Positions 27,802 to 42,544 of a stretch of DNA of 64,000 bases are shown here, in pieces (the stretch's first letter is position 1; each line of letters opens with the position of its first letter). The translations under genes and the position numbers were made by a program. Below the pieces are notes generated by a model, which did no database searches, had not been told where the DNA came from, and saw nothing but the letters and a program-made list of their open reading frames with translations. This DNA comes from Eledone cirrhosa (taxonomy: Eukaryota), in assembly GCA_964016885.1 (NCBI GenBank), contig OZ024740.1:46996001-47060000 (forward strand). The letters run 5' to 3'.

Positions 27802-28008
27802 TAACGAAGGAAATGTGGTAAGGAACCAGGTGGACCATAACGTACCAAAGTACTCAATACTTAGAGTAGTAGAGTGGCTAATAGGAACGAGTAGGACCCC
27901 GACGGCTGAGCTCAAGCCGTTTCGACGGCTAATTCTGGACTAAAAACTTTTTAGTCCAGAATTAGCCGTCGAAACGGCTTGAGTTCAGCCGTCGGGGTCC
28001 TACTCGTT

Positions 28009-28012
<4 letters not shown>
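27802..28012. repeat. Fold-back palindrome family copy (arms 27882-28012)
   Basis: Same family as 3121-3309, with a longer central stem. Confidence 0.8.
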
Positions 28013-28078
<66 letters not shown>

Positions 28079-28572
28079 AGTTAATATAAATTAATATATG
28101 ATAAACACCTATGTGTTTGCATTGTAAAAGACAAAAGTTAGCTAGAATGAAACAAACTAATTCAAATAAATATAGCCTGCCTGTATCGATTTAAAAAATA
28201 ATAAATCAATATACACAAACTCATATTGGCAAATAGCCGTGGTACCTAGACAAATTTAAATTTTAAAATTCAAACCTTTTCCGCAGATCAATCTGAACCT
28301 CAAAATCAAAATAGGTTTCGCAAACGATGGTATAAAAGAGAAATAATCAATTTTCTGTGCTTATCAATAGGTACCCAGAAAAATTAGGTTACTTCACCTC
28401 GAAAAAATTTTGAAGGTCTGGTTTACGAGCACAAACGCACGAGGTTTTGCACTCGGTTCTTCCAGCTCACTAGCCTATCTCATACTCATGGCGCTAGAAA
28501 TAACAGCCGTTTATATGGGATTAAAAATTAGCTCAACCGAGGGAGCAGTTAAGACGGCATTATTTCACCATA

Positions 28573-28830
28573 GGGCGGCGGATTGGCAGTATCGGTAGAA
28601 GGTCGGACGTTATGCTTTCCAGCATAGCTATGTCCCTTTACGATCTGAGTTCAAATCCCGCCGAGGTTGACTTTGCCTTTCATCCTTACGGGGTCGATGA
28701 AATAAAGTACCAGTAACGCACTGGGTAATTGCTGGCCTTGTGCCTAAAGTAGAAACAATTATTTCACCATAAAATAAAGTACCAGTAATGCTGGCCCTGT
28801 GCCTAAAGTAGAAACAATTATTTCACCATA
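28573..28830 (+). mobile_element. tRNA-derived SINE family 1 with a duplicated 3' tail
   Basis: Full copy at 28573-28765, 3' part repeated at 28770-28830. Confidence 0.85.
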
Positions 28831-28884
28831 ATTGCTTTTTTGCATGATATATATATATATCTGTTACATGATTATACATGCGAC

Positions 28885-29990
28885 TTCATCAGAATCTTAC
28901 GCAATTATAGGTGCAGTTACACAATCATTGGGATATTCTGCTGGCCATGTATAACTATCCTGTTGTGATGGCAGCAGGCATATATGCCTCATTAATGGTC
29001 CGTAAATACCATCCTTCTCTTGCATTTTTCTTACCACATTGACATTAAATAGGCAGCCGACTTCTACAACAGAGAATGCTTTTAATGTATCATCACAAAC
29101 AACAATATCAGACTGGCTGTGTTTTATTTGGTGGCGGTTTTTATTTTAAGGTTACACCAGTATTTCTTTGAGTTATCAATCTTTCACATTCCCCATATTT
29201 GATTTGATTTTCGTCTTCCGTAATACATTCCAGATCATTCTAGCTATCACACCCAGCCTCACAGGGAGGTAGAAACGAGAAGACATGATTTCGCAGTTGG
29301 CAATGTTTTTCACAGCCTACATTTATAGTCAACTAATGACCTCCATCTTTTTTGCAGTAGGTACTTAGTGAAGATTTCTTGTTCCTGGATTACATGGAGG
29401 TATCCTTCATGGTGGGATGTTATGAACTTGTCGGAACTCCATGTCAGGCTTTTAGTATGATTTAGATTTATCCACTCCATGGTCTGAGTTTTTCGTTTCA
29501 AATGCCCATGTAGAACTTGCACAGTACATTTTAAAAAATTCTCTTCGAGTAACCATTGATCTAGATGAGACGTAATAACAGCTGATACAAACCTTTCTCA
29601 AGAATATTCAAATATTCATGAGAGAGATGTTTGTATCAGTTGTTATTACATGTCTCATCTAGATCAGTGGTTATCCTAACAATTATTATGTTCAAGCTCA
29701 TAAATCTGAGTGAGGTGGCTGCTGACCTTTTTCTTCTGTTGAAAATGTTGCTTCTGTGTTATTATCCGGCTCTCCCATGATATTAATATGAATTTTAGGC
29801 CCCGATCACTCTCCTTGTGGGAGAAATATAGTTTATCCACATCACCATTCATGTTAAGGTTTCCAGTAACACCGAGCAGCTTGCGATTCCTTTGGTCCAT
29901 CTCGCTCAGGTTTTGCAATGATCAGTTCAGCAGGTCATGTTTTGGCATTATGATGAGCGCAGCAAACATATTATGTCAATATACGTATTG
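28885..29990 (-). mobile_element. Degenerate R4/Dong-like (RLE) non-LTR retrotransposon 3' part
   Basis: LSEMDQRNRKLL..DVDKLY....DRGL, HEGYLHVIQEQEI..KCRL (CCHC region) and a PDIVV-like RLE remnant. Confidence 0.75.
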
Positions 29991-30039
29991 CACGCTGAGA
30001 GTTCTTATGTATATATGTTTGATATGAAATCCGACCTGC

Positions 30040-32470
30040 TACGGAAACGATATATAAAGAATACAAAGCCACATTACAACGTGAACTGAGAAGGGTGAAA
30101 AACGATTGGTGGTAAAAGGTATCTCAAAAGGTGCAAGCTGTCTTTAATAGTAAAGATAGTAAAACTTTTTATACCTTATTACGGCAATCATTTGGTCCTC
30201 AATCATATTCTCTTGTACATGTGCAATGGAAAGATGGTGTAGTTCTCTATAAAAAAACAGGAAACATTAAGAGATGGAAAGAGCATTTCTCTGAACTTTT
30301 TGTTTACAATCACAACTTTGATGTTATAGAGAGTCTGCCTCAGCATAATATAATATTATCAATGGACAATCTCCCGGCTATTGAAGAAATCAGAAAGGCA
30401 AGACCGCAGGTAAACCCGAGCAAGGCCCCAGGGTTAAATGGGATTCCAGTCGAGTTATTGAAAGCTGAAGAAGTCCACATATCATCAGCTATCCATGTGC
30501 TTCTCATAAAATGTTGGGAAGGAGCACTAATACCATAAGATTAGCTTGATGGAATCTTGACTACAATCTACAAAGGTAAAGGAAAAACTTCCATGAGATC
30601 ACAATACTGGAATCTGTTGGAAAAGTAATATCTAGGCTGATGCTGAATCCTCTTTCGGAAAATATATGTCCATTGATTCTTCCAGAAACTCCACCTGGTT
30701 TCAGAGAAGGAAGGAGAATAGGAGATATAATCTCGGCTAGGCAGCTGCAGGAAAATGCATAGAACTGCGCGTGCGTTTCTATAAAATTCATATCAACTTC
30801 ACTAAAGCTTTTGATACAGTCAACAGAGAAGCCTTATGGATAACTTTTAGTAAATTAGGTTGCCCACAGAATGTTTTGCAGATCTTCAAACAACTACATC
30901 GAGACACGAAGGCCAGGGATGTATCTAATGGAAAACTCTTGGAACAAATTTCTGTGGACAATGGTGTTAAGCAATACTGCTCCAACACTATTTGGTCCTC
31001 AATCATCTTCCTTGTCCCAGTGCAATCCAAAGGACAGTAAGAAGAGATAGAAAGCTTTTAAATTCCACAACTATCATCGAGGCATAAATCTGCATTTCCG
31101 AACGACTGGGCCGAGCCAGTCTTTAATTTAAAAAAAAATTAATAATAAATCTGTGACATTCAATGTGTTAATTCGAGAACTTTTATATGTTGATGATGCA
31201 GACTTTATCGCGCACACAAAAGCAGACATGCCGTACACAATGGATACATTTTCTGAACCATGTGTTATTTTGGGGCTCACTGTAAGCTTCACTAAAGCCA
31301 AGGTGATGTACACTCTAGTACCAGGAGAACCTTATGTTGTGCCAAATATATATGAGAATGAGACTATGTTGGCGGTGGTGGATATGTTTGTGTATCTGGG
31401 TAGTACTCTGCCAAGGGACGGGTGTTTAGATGCAGAAATACATCTTCGATTACAGAAGGCAAGTGCTGCTTTAGGAACATTAGTAAAAAGGGTGTGGTCA
31501 GACACAGACAAAACATTGATGACAAATATAACTATTAAAAACTGCTTACAGTTTTGTTAAATGTGTGTGAAGCATGAACCGCTCACCAACGGTATTTCAA
31601 AACACTAGGAAGGTTCCATTAAAGATGTCTTCGACTGATCCTAGATATTATATGGAGAAGTGTGACATCTGGCACTTATGTTTTACAAAGATAAGGATGC
31701 TCTACAATCAGTTCTCTTGTCATTAAGAGTCAGATGCATTGGGTAGGGCATCTTGTTCGCATGAATGACACAAGGCTTCCAAAGTAAATCTTTTATGGTG
31801 AATTTGTGCAAGGAAAAAGACCACAGAATAGGCCTAAGAAAATGTACAAAGTTTGTTTTAAGGAAAATGTAAAATGTTTGGGTTTAGATATATATTCAAT
31901 GAGAAAAGCAAGCTTTTGATGGTGATTCAATTATATCAGAGAGTCAATTATTGGGTGAAACAATAACCCCCCCGCCCCCAAAAAACAAAAAAAAACAAAA
32001 ATTAAATAAAAACAAACAAACAAAAGAAAAAAGAACAACAACAACAAACAATAAAAAAAGCAACAACAAAGAAAAAAACAGAGCTAAAACGGGCATTAAA
32101 AAAGGATAAATTAGTAGGACTTGAAAATGTTAATTGTTGGAATTGCAATGAAAGTCAACGTGTCCTCTTTAAAGCTGGTTTTCTAAACCATATGAACACA
32201 CAAGACCAGACAATGACACAAGCAGATTATGTTTCAACTCTCTCTATTCATCTTCAGATTTGACTATTTGTCAAATTTGTGGCAACATATGTAATACAAC
32301 CTCCGAGTTAAAACGCCATATGAAGGTTTATCAACATGAAATTTCCCATCCTGATCCAATAAGCCCAGTTTATACACTGGCATACATCTGTTACTTGTGC
32401 CAAAAACCTTGTAAATCAGTCGCTGGATTGAAAAGTCACCTCTGTGTGCATGGGAAAGTGTAAATTTGCT
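30040..32470 (+). mobile_element. Degenerate RTE (BovB-like) LINE with C-terminal C2H2 fingers
   Basis: KAPGLNGIP, FTKAFDTVNREALW, LLYVDD, FVYLGS and CQIC..LKRH, CYLC..LKSH. Confidence 0.88.
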
Positions 32471-32898
32471 GGAGGGACTGAGATGATGTTGAGACGGCTA
32501 CCATCTGAAAAGCTGAAGCAATCATAATGTATGTATATAGGGTACACATTCAGTTTGAATACATTTTGTATTCATTTGAAGTCTATAATTGTATTTCCGT
32601 AGCATTGTCAATTACATTCTGAAGAGAAAAAAATAATTCCAATGAAAAAGGAGTGTCTATTTCTTTATAGCTTGCGTAAAAACCTCACCCGTAATATGTG
32701 TGACTGTTATACCATCATGTTTTTATACATCTGTATGTTGAAATTCAAAAGACGGTTAGATGTGACATCCTTATACCATAAGATTGTGCATAATGTGTAG
32801 GTGGACTGAAACAGCTTCGAGGAGTTTCCATATCTTATTGCACATATGTTACTGAGATGTAGTCTTTAAGTATATAGCGTAATAATTAAATACACGCA

Positions 32899-33004
<106 letters not shown>

Positions 33005-33137
33005 CATACATATCCCCCTCATATATATATATATATAAATATATATATACGCATACACATTGTGAATTTGTATACGACAAAAACATGTAACTCCTTCCTA
33101 CAAAAGGCTAGCCTAATATATATTTTTATAATTTATA

Positions 33138-33330
33138 GGGCGGTGAATTGGCAGTATCGGTAGAGTGCCGGACGCCTTTCTTTGACGCATAGAGTTACGG
33201 CCCTTGCCATTCCGAGTTCAAATCCCGCCGAGTTTAACTTTGCCTTTCATCCTTACGGGGTCGATAAAATAAAGTACCAGTAATGTACTAGGTAATTGCT
33301 GGCCTTGTGCCAATAGTAGAAACAATTATA
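33138..33330 (+). mobile_element. tRNA-derived SINE family 1
   Basis: Full match to the family. Flanked by ATAATTTATA on both sides (possible TSD). Confidence 0.85.
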
Positions 33331-34309
33331 ATTTATATTTAGTGGCTAATAAAGAAATCATTATAATTTATATTATATCTTTTAATCGTTACCCTATTAC
33401 AAGCATGTTTTTGTAGCATCGAACTAAATTCTGTTGTATCAGAACACACACAAGCAAATATAATGATCTAAAGATCTGTTGTAATTTTTCTGTTCATAAT
33501 TAAATATCTGCGATTAACTAGGAATCCAATTGTAGTTATATGATAGGAACTGCTTGATAATATTTAATTTATTAGACGTGGATTATTATTTATGTATCCT
33601 ATAAATTAAATTTAACTTGTTTCAAACAGACAAGGCAGCATTTTGATGTATTCTAAGTTATTTCGTTATTATTCTGATCTCTGGGCGCATTAAGCAGAGT
33701 CAATTATGATAAGAATGTCAAAGAGTTTAACAAACCTTCATTGTACCATTAACTTTCCAATTAATTAACAAATAAATGTGATCATATGTATGCAAAAGAT
33801 TAATGACCTTTATCCAAATATTAAATACAATAACATACAATAACATAAATGGAGATTAACATTTTATTTACAGCATTGAACAATTTTATTTCATCTCGTA
33901 CACTGATATATTTAAGGACAATATCAGTATTTATTTCTATATAGTCATTAAATCAAGGGTTTATGATTTCATGAGAATCATTACAATTTCTTAATAGGGC
34001 TCCAATACACATGAGAACTGATCTGATGTTTCAGACATAACTTTCATGTATATTTTGATGTGACATGGTATAAACAAAGAACCTTCCTAAAAAAAGGTTC
34101 AGTAATGTGATGGGATAATTTGTTGTGTTTTGTAGTGTGTAAGGCATATAAACCATCTGAGCTAGCTTCAACATGTGAAGTTTCCCATCAAGAATTGATA
34201 CATATATGAATAAATGATTATGGTATTTAGGTCGCTTTTCATCTTTTCGAACTACTGTGGTCTTTAAAGTTACAATAGCTTAACTTGTACAGAATAACTT
34301 CATGTAAAG

Positions 34310-34670
34310 CAGAGGTTCTTAAACTTTTGCCCCCCCCCCCTCCCCGACCGCGTAGTACCCTCAGCGCCCCAACCCTATTTCCCGAGAGACCTGTATACAC
34401 GCAAATTGTAAATAATATATAATAAATAAAATCGTTAATTTATATATAATAAATAATACAATATATACTATGCATATATATATATATTATATATATATTT
34501 TTTAAATTTACTACATTAAAAATATAATGTTACATATAATATGTAACATTTGATATTTAATATACTATTATATCATCTCTACCACCTTCACCACCCCCTT
34601 AAGCCCCAGCGCTCCCTTGGAACTTCTCAACGACCCCCGGGAGTGGTAGTGCCTACTATGAAAAACTCTG
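34310..34670. mobile_element. hAT (Charlie-like) MITE
   Basis: TIRs CAGAGGTTCTTAAA/TATGAAAAACTCTG, TSD ATGTAAAG/ATATAAAG. Inverted relative of 9125-10584. Confidence 0.8.
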
Positions 34671-36824
34671 ATATAAAGCACGAAAGAGAATATTTTCATG
34701 GTAAATATCTTACTAAAATATTAACTATAAACCGAAGAATAATGATCTTTTCTTAAATATTTTGTTTCTGCTATCTTTATATTTTCATATTTTATTTGTT
34801 TATATTTTTATTGATGCCGAATGGATGATCTAAACAAAATTTAGAGTTTTGCGTGAGGTCTGGAAATGTCCTAAATTTAGTCAAATTCTCTTTTATAGTA
34901 TTTATGAAAAAATATTCAAGTTTTGATAGAATGGAGTTGCTTTCCTCGTTAGAAACGTGTTCTTGATCAAGATAAATAGTATAAAAAATAGTGGGCCTTG
35001 CTAATTACATTTCCCGCTGAGAACAAAGAAATTTTACTTGCTGTGGTACTCATGTTTCAAGAGTTAGGAAATACTATCAACATGATTAACAGCCTGTGTT
35101 GTGCTCCACCACATTTATTTATAAAACGTTTTAAAGATACTAATCACAAACTCGTATTATATATTTTCTATTATGATTCTTAATAGCCTAGGAGGTTTTA
35201 ATTCATCTCGTTTTATTACAAAAAGCCAAAACAGACAAACAAAACATTCATACTCTATTCAACCCCTTTAAGTGTATTAGAGAAGTAGGGTGAAAAAGTC
35301 ACAGACGTGTCTTGTCTCGGTTCAAATATTTATTTGTCGATACGACAGGAATTATTATCGCCCTCTTTTATAAATCCAGTTGTACATTTATACATTTAGT
35401 CACCTACACAGTCACAAAAAGGCCTTTAAAATTCCTATCTCATTTCTTTTCTCTCATTAGAATATGTTAATGCCATCAGTTCTAGTTGTTATATTATAAT
35501 TCTGTTGTTAGTGACTCAGCAAAACACCCCAACAGACAGAAGGTACTTAGAAATTACATATGCTTATTTCAGGATGAAATATATCTCAGCTTGCTACAAT
35601 ATACTTTGACGAACCACTCACCTTCCACAATATATTTATATTTAGGCTATAAGATATTTGAAGCAGTAAGTTTAGTTTACTATTATTTATCTACCATCAG
35701 AGGCATTGTTTATCAACTGTTGAGAATCAAGCAAAATCTTACTTATGGCGCTGAAACTTGCCATCTGTTTATAACTTGTCTGTTTAAGCAGGTTTACTAG
35801 TCTCTATTGTGGAATAACATTTAAAACTATTTAAAGCGAACTAATGGCCAAACTGCTATGAAATATTTCCATGCAGATTTAACCAGAAGAATATTTATTT
35901 TAAAATTCTTTATACAAAAGAAACAGACACATTGTTTATTTTATATTTCTACATTAAAGGACTCACAAATCCCCACCAAAAATATTCTGTGACACAATTC
36001 AGTCAATACAGAATTCATTATTGAAGATATATTTCATTGAAGCTTCGTATATTTGTTATGACATTTGAATCATCAATATCGGCATCGTTCACATCCAGTG
36101 ATACAAAATGGATATGTCTTAGAGTAAAAGAAACTGAGGGTTCCATCCTTTGTTAAGGCCTTTTTCTGAATTTCGTATATAACAATTTTTTAAAAGGCCT
36201 GTGATAAGGCCAATATTGTAACCTAACCTAAAGAGTATTAAACCTAAAAGTGTATTAAAAATATTTTGAAGTAAATACGATATTTCCTTTATTATAATTT
36301 TAATTAAATGTATGTATACAGGAGTACGAGCACCCTAGAACAATAACCAAGTTCCTAGCCATCTGCATCCGTGATCTGATTTTAAATTCCGGTTGAAACA
36401 ATTTCAGTTTACTCATACTGTGAAACTCTTCAGAAAGTCACAGCACTCCCTGATATTTTAACAAATATTGTTTATTGTGCCTAAACAAAAGAAATCAACG
36501 TTATATATTTAAAATTCGTAGAAAACACGATTGATTGGACGTGGTTGTTGTTTAGCCCCAGTTCACCTTGATCAAGCAGATCTATGATCAAAGACGTTCT
36601 AATCATTACCATTTCATTCTTCTAGTTTTCAAAAAAAGCTAATATAAGATCAAACTATCTACTCTTCTTTTAAAAACACCAGTGTGTGGTTTGGGTGCTA
36701 TTTGTTGTTTAGTCTCAGGAGATTTTTGAGCTTACAGATTTACAATTAAAATCATGTAGCAGTATACTGTTGGTCGAGTGGAAACTGTGTTAGTCTATTT
36801 CTATCAATGACCACGGAGTTTGGT

Positions 36825-36923
36825 AGAAGTAGAAACACAACAGTTAGTTCACCATACCGAGAATCCACTATGGTGAAACAATTGTACTCGGTATGGTGAA
36901 CTAACTGTTGTGTTTATACTTCT
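36825..36923. repeat. Hairpin enclosing a core-less hammerhead
   Basis: 37-bp arms around AATCCACTATGGT-GAAAC-AATT-GTA|CTCGG. Confidence 0.7.
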
Positions 36924-37067
36924 CTCTCTCTATCTCTCCCTCTCTCTGTCTGTCTCTCTCTTTCTATATATATATAATAGTTAAGTATCCTCAACGCGCT
37001 TACTAAACTTTATCTCTATAGTTTGTATAGAACGATCTGTTTCCTTTATCTGTTTGACAGAACCATT

Positions 37068-37399
<332 letters not shown>

Positions 37400-38378
37400 T
37401 TTGCAAGGTTTTTGATATGAAATCGTGTGTCGAAACAAATATTGTTATACTTGGGGAGGGTCATATTGTTATAATATTGCCAGAAATAATAACAGAACGC
37501 ACTCACTGTTTGGTTTGGGTTGATTTTTGCTTCTGTATCTTTTATATCTCCATAGCTAATTTATCTGGCAATCAATATTTCTCATTGATTGACCAACGAT
37601 TAAAGATATAGATATAAATATATATATATATAGTCTATCAAAGTTCTTTCGTCGCACATCTGCAGCATCATCAGTGGTACTATTATGTTTCCTCCCATTG
37701 TATTGTAATCTCTGTGCCATTTTTATTTAATTAATTAATTTATTTCTTCTTGTCTCTGTCTCTGAGCATGCGTTTGCGTGTGTGTATAATGTTTGGTGTG
37801 TATGTTCGCGTTTGAGTATATGTGTTTTTGTTTTTGTATTCTATCTTTGTTCACTAGTGCATGTTTATATGTGTTTGTTGTTATTGTACTTGTGTATATA
37901 TATATATATTTATTTATTTATATTTCCCTTAAGTCAGTATTGTTTGTTTGGGTATGGTTGCTGTTGTTATTCCATTCGTTCTTTCTGTTCAACTTCTTAG
38001 TTCTATCTCAGTTGCTTCTCTGATTTGTCTATATTACCGTCATGTCTCTGTCTGGCGTGTTCATATAGTACTGAACCGTTTTTGTTGGTATATTCTTTCT
38101 CCTATGCTTCGAGCTGTCTCACCTATGTATGTCGTTGTCATGTTTCTGCAAGTTCCCTCTGTACATCTTATACTATAGACTACATTTCTAGTTTTACAAT
38201 TTATCTGGGGGTTCATTCTACATATAACACATTTTCTATTTGTACAGTAGGTTTTCTTAAAGGGTCACCGTCTTGCTGATCAAGGATTTTATGGTAGTTC
38301 CTGGCTTTTCTACCACCTTAATCTTTAGATGGGTCTTTCTTAGGGCTTTCTACATTGCTTAGCTAATTTCCCTCCAAC
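37400..38378 (-). mobile_element. PLE clade-B 3' fragment (GIY-YIG, pLTR, HHR at 37636-37679)
   Basis: INCKTRNVVYSIRCTEGTC..YIGETARSIGER, and TACCA-CTGATGA-..-GAAAGAACTT|TGATA. Confidence 0.85.
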
Positions 38379-38443
38379 GATACAACACAAAAGAAAAATA
38401 TCAATAAAGGAGAAAATGTAACAATAAGTTTAAGGGAAAGTAA

Positions 38444-38640
38444 ATAATTGTTTCTACTTTTGGCACCAAGCCAGCAATTACCCCAGTGCATTACTGGTAC
38501 TTTATTTTATCGACCCCGTAAGGATGAAAGGCAAAGTTACCCTCGGCAGGATTTAAACTCAGATTGCAAAGGGCCGTAACTCTATGCTGCAAAACATGGC
38601 GTCCGACCCTCTACCGATAGTGCCAATCCACCGCCCATCG
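38444..38640 (-). mobile_element. tRNA-derived SINE family 1
   Basis: Full match. AAGTAAATAAT on both sides (TSD-like). Confidence 0.85.
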
Positions 38641-38714
38641 AAGTAAATAATGCAGAGAAATTATGATTAGATTGGAAGCCAGTGTACTACCATGTAGCAC
38701 GTTAGCGATGATGT

Positions 38715-39095
38715 CACTGTACAAAGATACCCATAATTTGGGTATCTTTGTAAAGCATAATTATTGTACTCACTATTTCTTTTCGTATGGCATACGCCAG
38801 GAGTATTTCCTTTATTTTGCTTCTGAATACAGAGTCGAAAGCCTTCGAGACGTCAACAAATATGACAAGTACTTTAAGATTTCTTGCTCGTATTTTCTCT
38901 AGGATTCGCCAATCTGTCAAAATATGTGACGACGTAGATCTATTTTGGATCTTCCTCAGCACCTTTTCAACCATAGAAAGCATGCGACTGAATAGCATTT
39001 CATTATAAATCTTGGTGATTCAAGCCATAAGGGTAATGCCTCTATAATTCTTTGGGACACATAGGTCACCCTTCTTTGGGAAAGTAAGGATAAAT
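38715..39095 (-). mobile_element. RTE-like LINE RT fragment
   Basis: RSTSSHILT..RILE.IRARNL....FVDVSKAFDS. Confidence 0.8.
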
Positions 39096-39199
39096 CAGAA
39101 GGAAGTCAACAAATTTTCTCGTTTTACATATCTCGGGAAGGATTAAACAGCTCATTTTTAGCTCAGAAAAAGGCTCTTTCTATAGAATTTAGAGACCAA

Positions 39200-39200
<1 letters not shown>

Positions 39201-39230
<30 letters not shown>

Positions 39231-39690
39231 TGTATGTATGTATGTATGTATGTATGTATGTATGCCATCCAAATAGTATTTTTTTTTTTTTTTTTTTCAC
39301 CTGGTAGTGAAAGCCCCCACCCCCCCAAGTTGTCACAAAACCTTTCTAGGAGAGGTAAACTCTGAAAAGAAAAACCCCTGCGGCTTCGGAAGCATCCGAT
39401 AATGTTGACCAGTTCATCTGTTCGGGTAGTCTTTTAGATGCTCAGAGTATGGGATTGGTTGAGTGCAAGGCCTTTCCCCACTTACAAAACCTTCAAAGCA
39501 CGGGCAGTGCTGGTTCAGGTTCGTGTGGCTGGTCGTAGCCTAAAAGTGCACCAAACTATAATCTTACAAGCGATTGCAGTACTCTTAGCAGAGTTTTCAG
39601 CCATTATGTATGTATGTATGTATGTATGTATGTATGTATGTATGTATGTATGTATGTATGTATGTATGTATGTATGTATGTATGTATGTA
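39201..39690. repeat. Two (TATG)n tracts (39201-39264, 39606-39690) around a GC-richer retroelement-UTR-like fragment
   Basis: Tracts read directly. CTAGGAGAGGTAAACTCTGAA resembles RTE-associated UTR sequence (weak). Confidence 0.6.
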
Positions 39691-39834
39691 TAAATGCCTT
39701 TATATATACACGTAGGTATGCATGATTGGATGTATGTAGGCAAGTATTGATATCATAGCATGCGTGGATCTATATGCTTTGTTCTATGTATACATACAAA
39801 TATTCCTATGTATACTCGTATGTATATATATATA

Positions 39835-40190
39835 TTTCATGCTAAATTTCTGGAATGCTTTGCAGATTTACACAGTTCCATGAATGGGTTGTAATTATAC
39901 TTTCCTAATTAGTTTTTTCCGTTATAATTTTCAGAAGTACAGCGTTTCAAGTGCCGAAATAAATATTTGTATATTCTAGATTCTGTATTTGCAGATTGCT
40001 TATTTGTTCGGCATAAATGTTTTCCTTTTCACTGACTTTGAACATTATTTTCACATCTGTTCGGTAATTGAGTTCTAGTAGTGCACAATGGTTGTTTTCT
40101 CTGTTCCAGATAATTATATCTGGTCTGTTGTATCTGAATTTTACTTAGGCTTTGAAAGGAATATTTCATCAGTTTTCTTTCGTATTATAG
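39835..40190 (-). mobile_element. RLE-domain 3' end of an R4/Dong-like element
   Basis: Minus strand encodes RYNRPDIIIWNREN..LLEL and a terminal VKICKAF.KF-like peptide. Confidence 0.6.
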
Positions 40191-40644
40191 CATGGACACA
40201 CAAACCCCTAAACCTCTAACCAGCACAGCGACCAAGCTCATTTTAACCTTCAGTTACTTGCACTTATAATACATTACACTATTCTTCTATAATACCAGAT
40301 TCTATATTAATATAGCATTTATTCCAAGAAAACTAACAGACCTAATTATCAATCTATACACATCAGTTTCATTTTCTTTCAACTCAATGAACCTTTATTA
40401 ACTTTTATATATTATCCCATACAACCTTCACCACTGATCAACCCATTAGTTTCTGAAAACCATGTACGTATATGCGAGCTAATGTATTGTTACACCCATC
40501 TACATACATATGCCCCATATACGTATTTATCGATACGTATACATGTTAACACAGATTTAACTTTTATTGTTAGTGTGCGTGAATATATATTTGACTCTGT
40601 GTGTGTGTGTATATATATCATACAATCATACATATATGCACACA

Positions 40645-40770
<126 letters not shown>

Positions 40771-40991
40771 ATCTGTTATCCAAGCGAGTCAACCCGGATC
40801 GATGTTTTAAGTCTCTTAGGATACTCCCTTGATAATACTCATTAAATTTGGTAAGGTAAGATTTTTTTGTTATCTTAGCGATTAAATTTTCTTTCTAATG
40901 CATTGTTTGGTTTTCAAAATTATTTAAATTTGTGATTCTCATTCAACAATGCTTCAAGCAAGCTACAAAACTCTGATATATATATATATAT

Positions 40992-41237
40992 ATAAGGTGT
41001 TCACTCCAACATAGCTGTATACATATAAGTATGTATACTTTGTAAATCTAATGATATACGGTATGTTTGCAAATAAACATTTGAAAGCTGGGATTCGCTA
41101 AATGGTGCTATGTCATCAGCTTCGAAAATTCATAGCTAAAGGCTTTCAAATGTTTATTCTTAAACATACCGTATATCATTAGATATACAAAATACGCATA
41201 CTTATATGTATAGAGCTATGTTAGAGCGAACACCTTA
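40992..41237. repeat. Diverged ~95-bp-arm inverted repeat between (TA)n tracts
   Basis: TAAGGTGTTC...TTTGAAAGC / GCTTTCAAA...GAACACCTTA. The spacer has a minus-strand CTGATGA. Confidence 0.75.
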
Positions 41238-41272
41238 ATTATATATATATATACACATACATACCCATATAT

Positions 41273-41368
<96 letters not shown>

Positions 41369-41573
41369 TTTAGTACGCCTATCCGACATGTCATGTTTTA
41401 GGTTATATTGACATTTTGTAGAAGATTAGCAACAGAAATATCTTTTGGCACTGTATATGAATTTCAAATTGTGCTATGTAAGTAAAGGTTTTGTATAGTC
41501 AAGGAAAGATATATATATATAGAGAGAGAGAGGGGGGAGAGAAAATACAGAAAATGTAAAAATGCGCTAACAA

Positions 41574-41619
<46 letters not shown>

Positions 41620-42380
41620 GGTAGTCACACACACACACACACACTTATATACACACACACACATATTTGAAAATATGCACACACAAATGCACGTACATAA
41701 CATGTTTTTAACAATACACTTACTTAGACGTACATTTATATAAACAAATCATCCTACATAGGTGCACATTTATAAAGAAACACCTGTAGATAGATACAAG
41801 CTTAAATATTTTGATACAAACAAACACATAAATATTTATATAAATATCTATGCATTATGTTAGGGTAATCTAGTTTATAAATGTAAATGTGCATTGGGGA
41901 GATATTATAGTTTCAATTGTAGTTAAAAATGTATTCTAGTGAGGTTGGATTGTAAATCGTTTAATAGGCTCCTTCCTATTATTCTCTTCTGACAATTTAT
42001 GAATCACACCTAATATAAAAAGACAATGAAAGTAAACATATTTACGTATACAAACATATACACACATACATCCTCTGAAACCCACATATACATATAAAGA
42101 CACTAGTTATATGTATAATTCAAAATGTAATCTAAAGTATAAGATGAAAATGCTTTACATTTGATTCCCAGGTCATTAATATACTACAACTCATTTGAAA
42201 CTTAATCGGTACCCAATTGAAACATGACATTACTTCTACGATTCCTTAATATTATCTTCCTTCTACGCTAAGTGCTTTTGAGCTTCACTGCAAAAATAAA
42301 CACACAAACGAAACGAAGATTTTTCGATGCATTTTTTTTCTTCATATGTTTTGTTATTTCTGTTTGCCTTTTGCATACAT

Positions 42381-42494
<114 letters not shown>

Positions 42495-42544
42495 GTCTGT
42501 ATATATGTATAAATACATACATGCGTGAGTACATAATAGCCGTC

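Noticed and set aside
32260-32463. Host C2H2 zinc-finger gene
   Set aside because: Collinear with the 3' end of the RTE LINE, and the same arrangement recurs at 42640-42981.
40775-40840. Imperfect hairpin with a possible ribozyme relic
   Set aside because: Core nucleotides are missing and cannot be supported.
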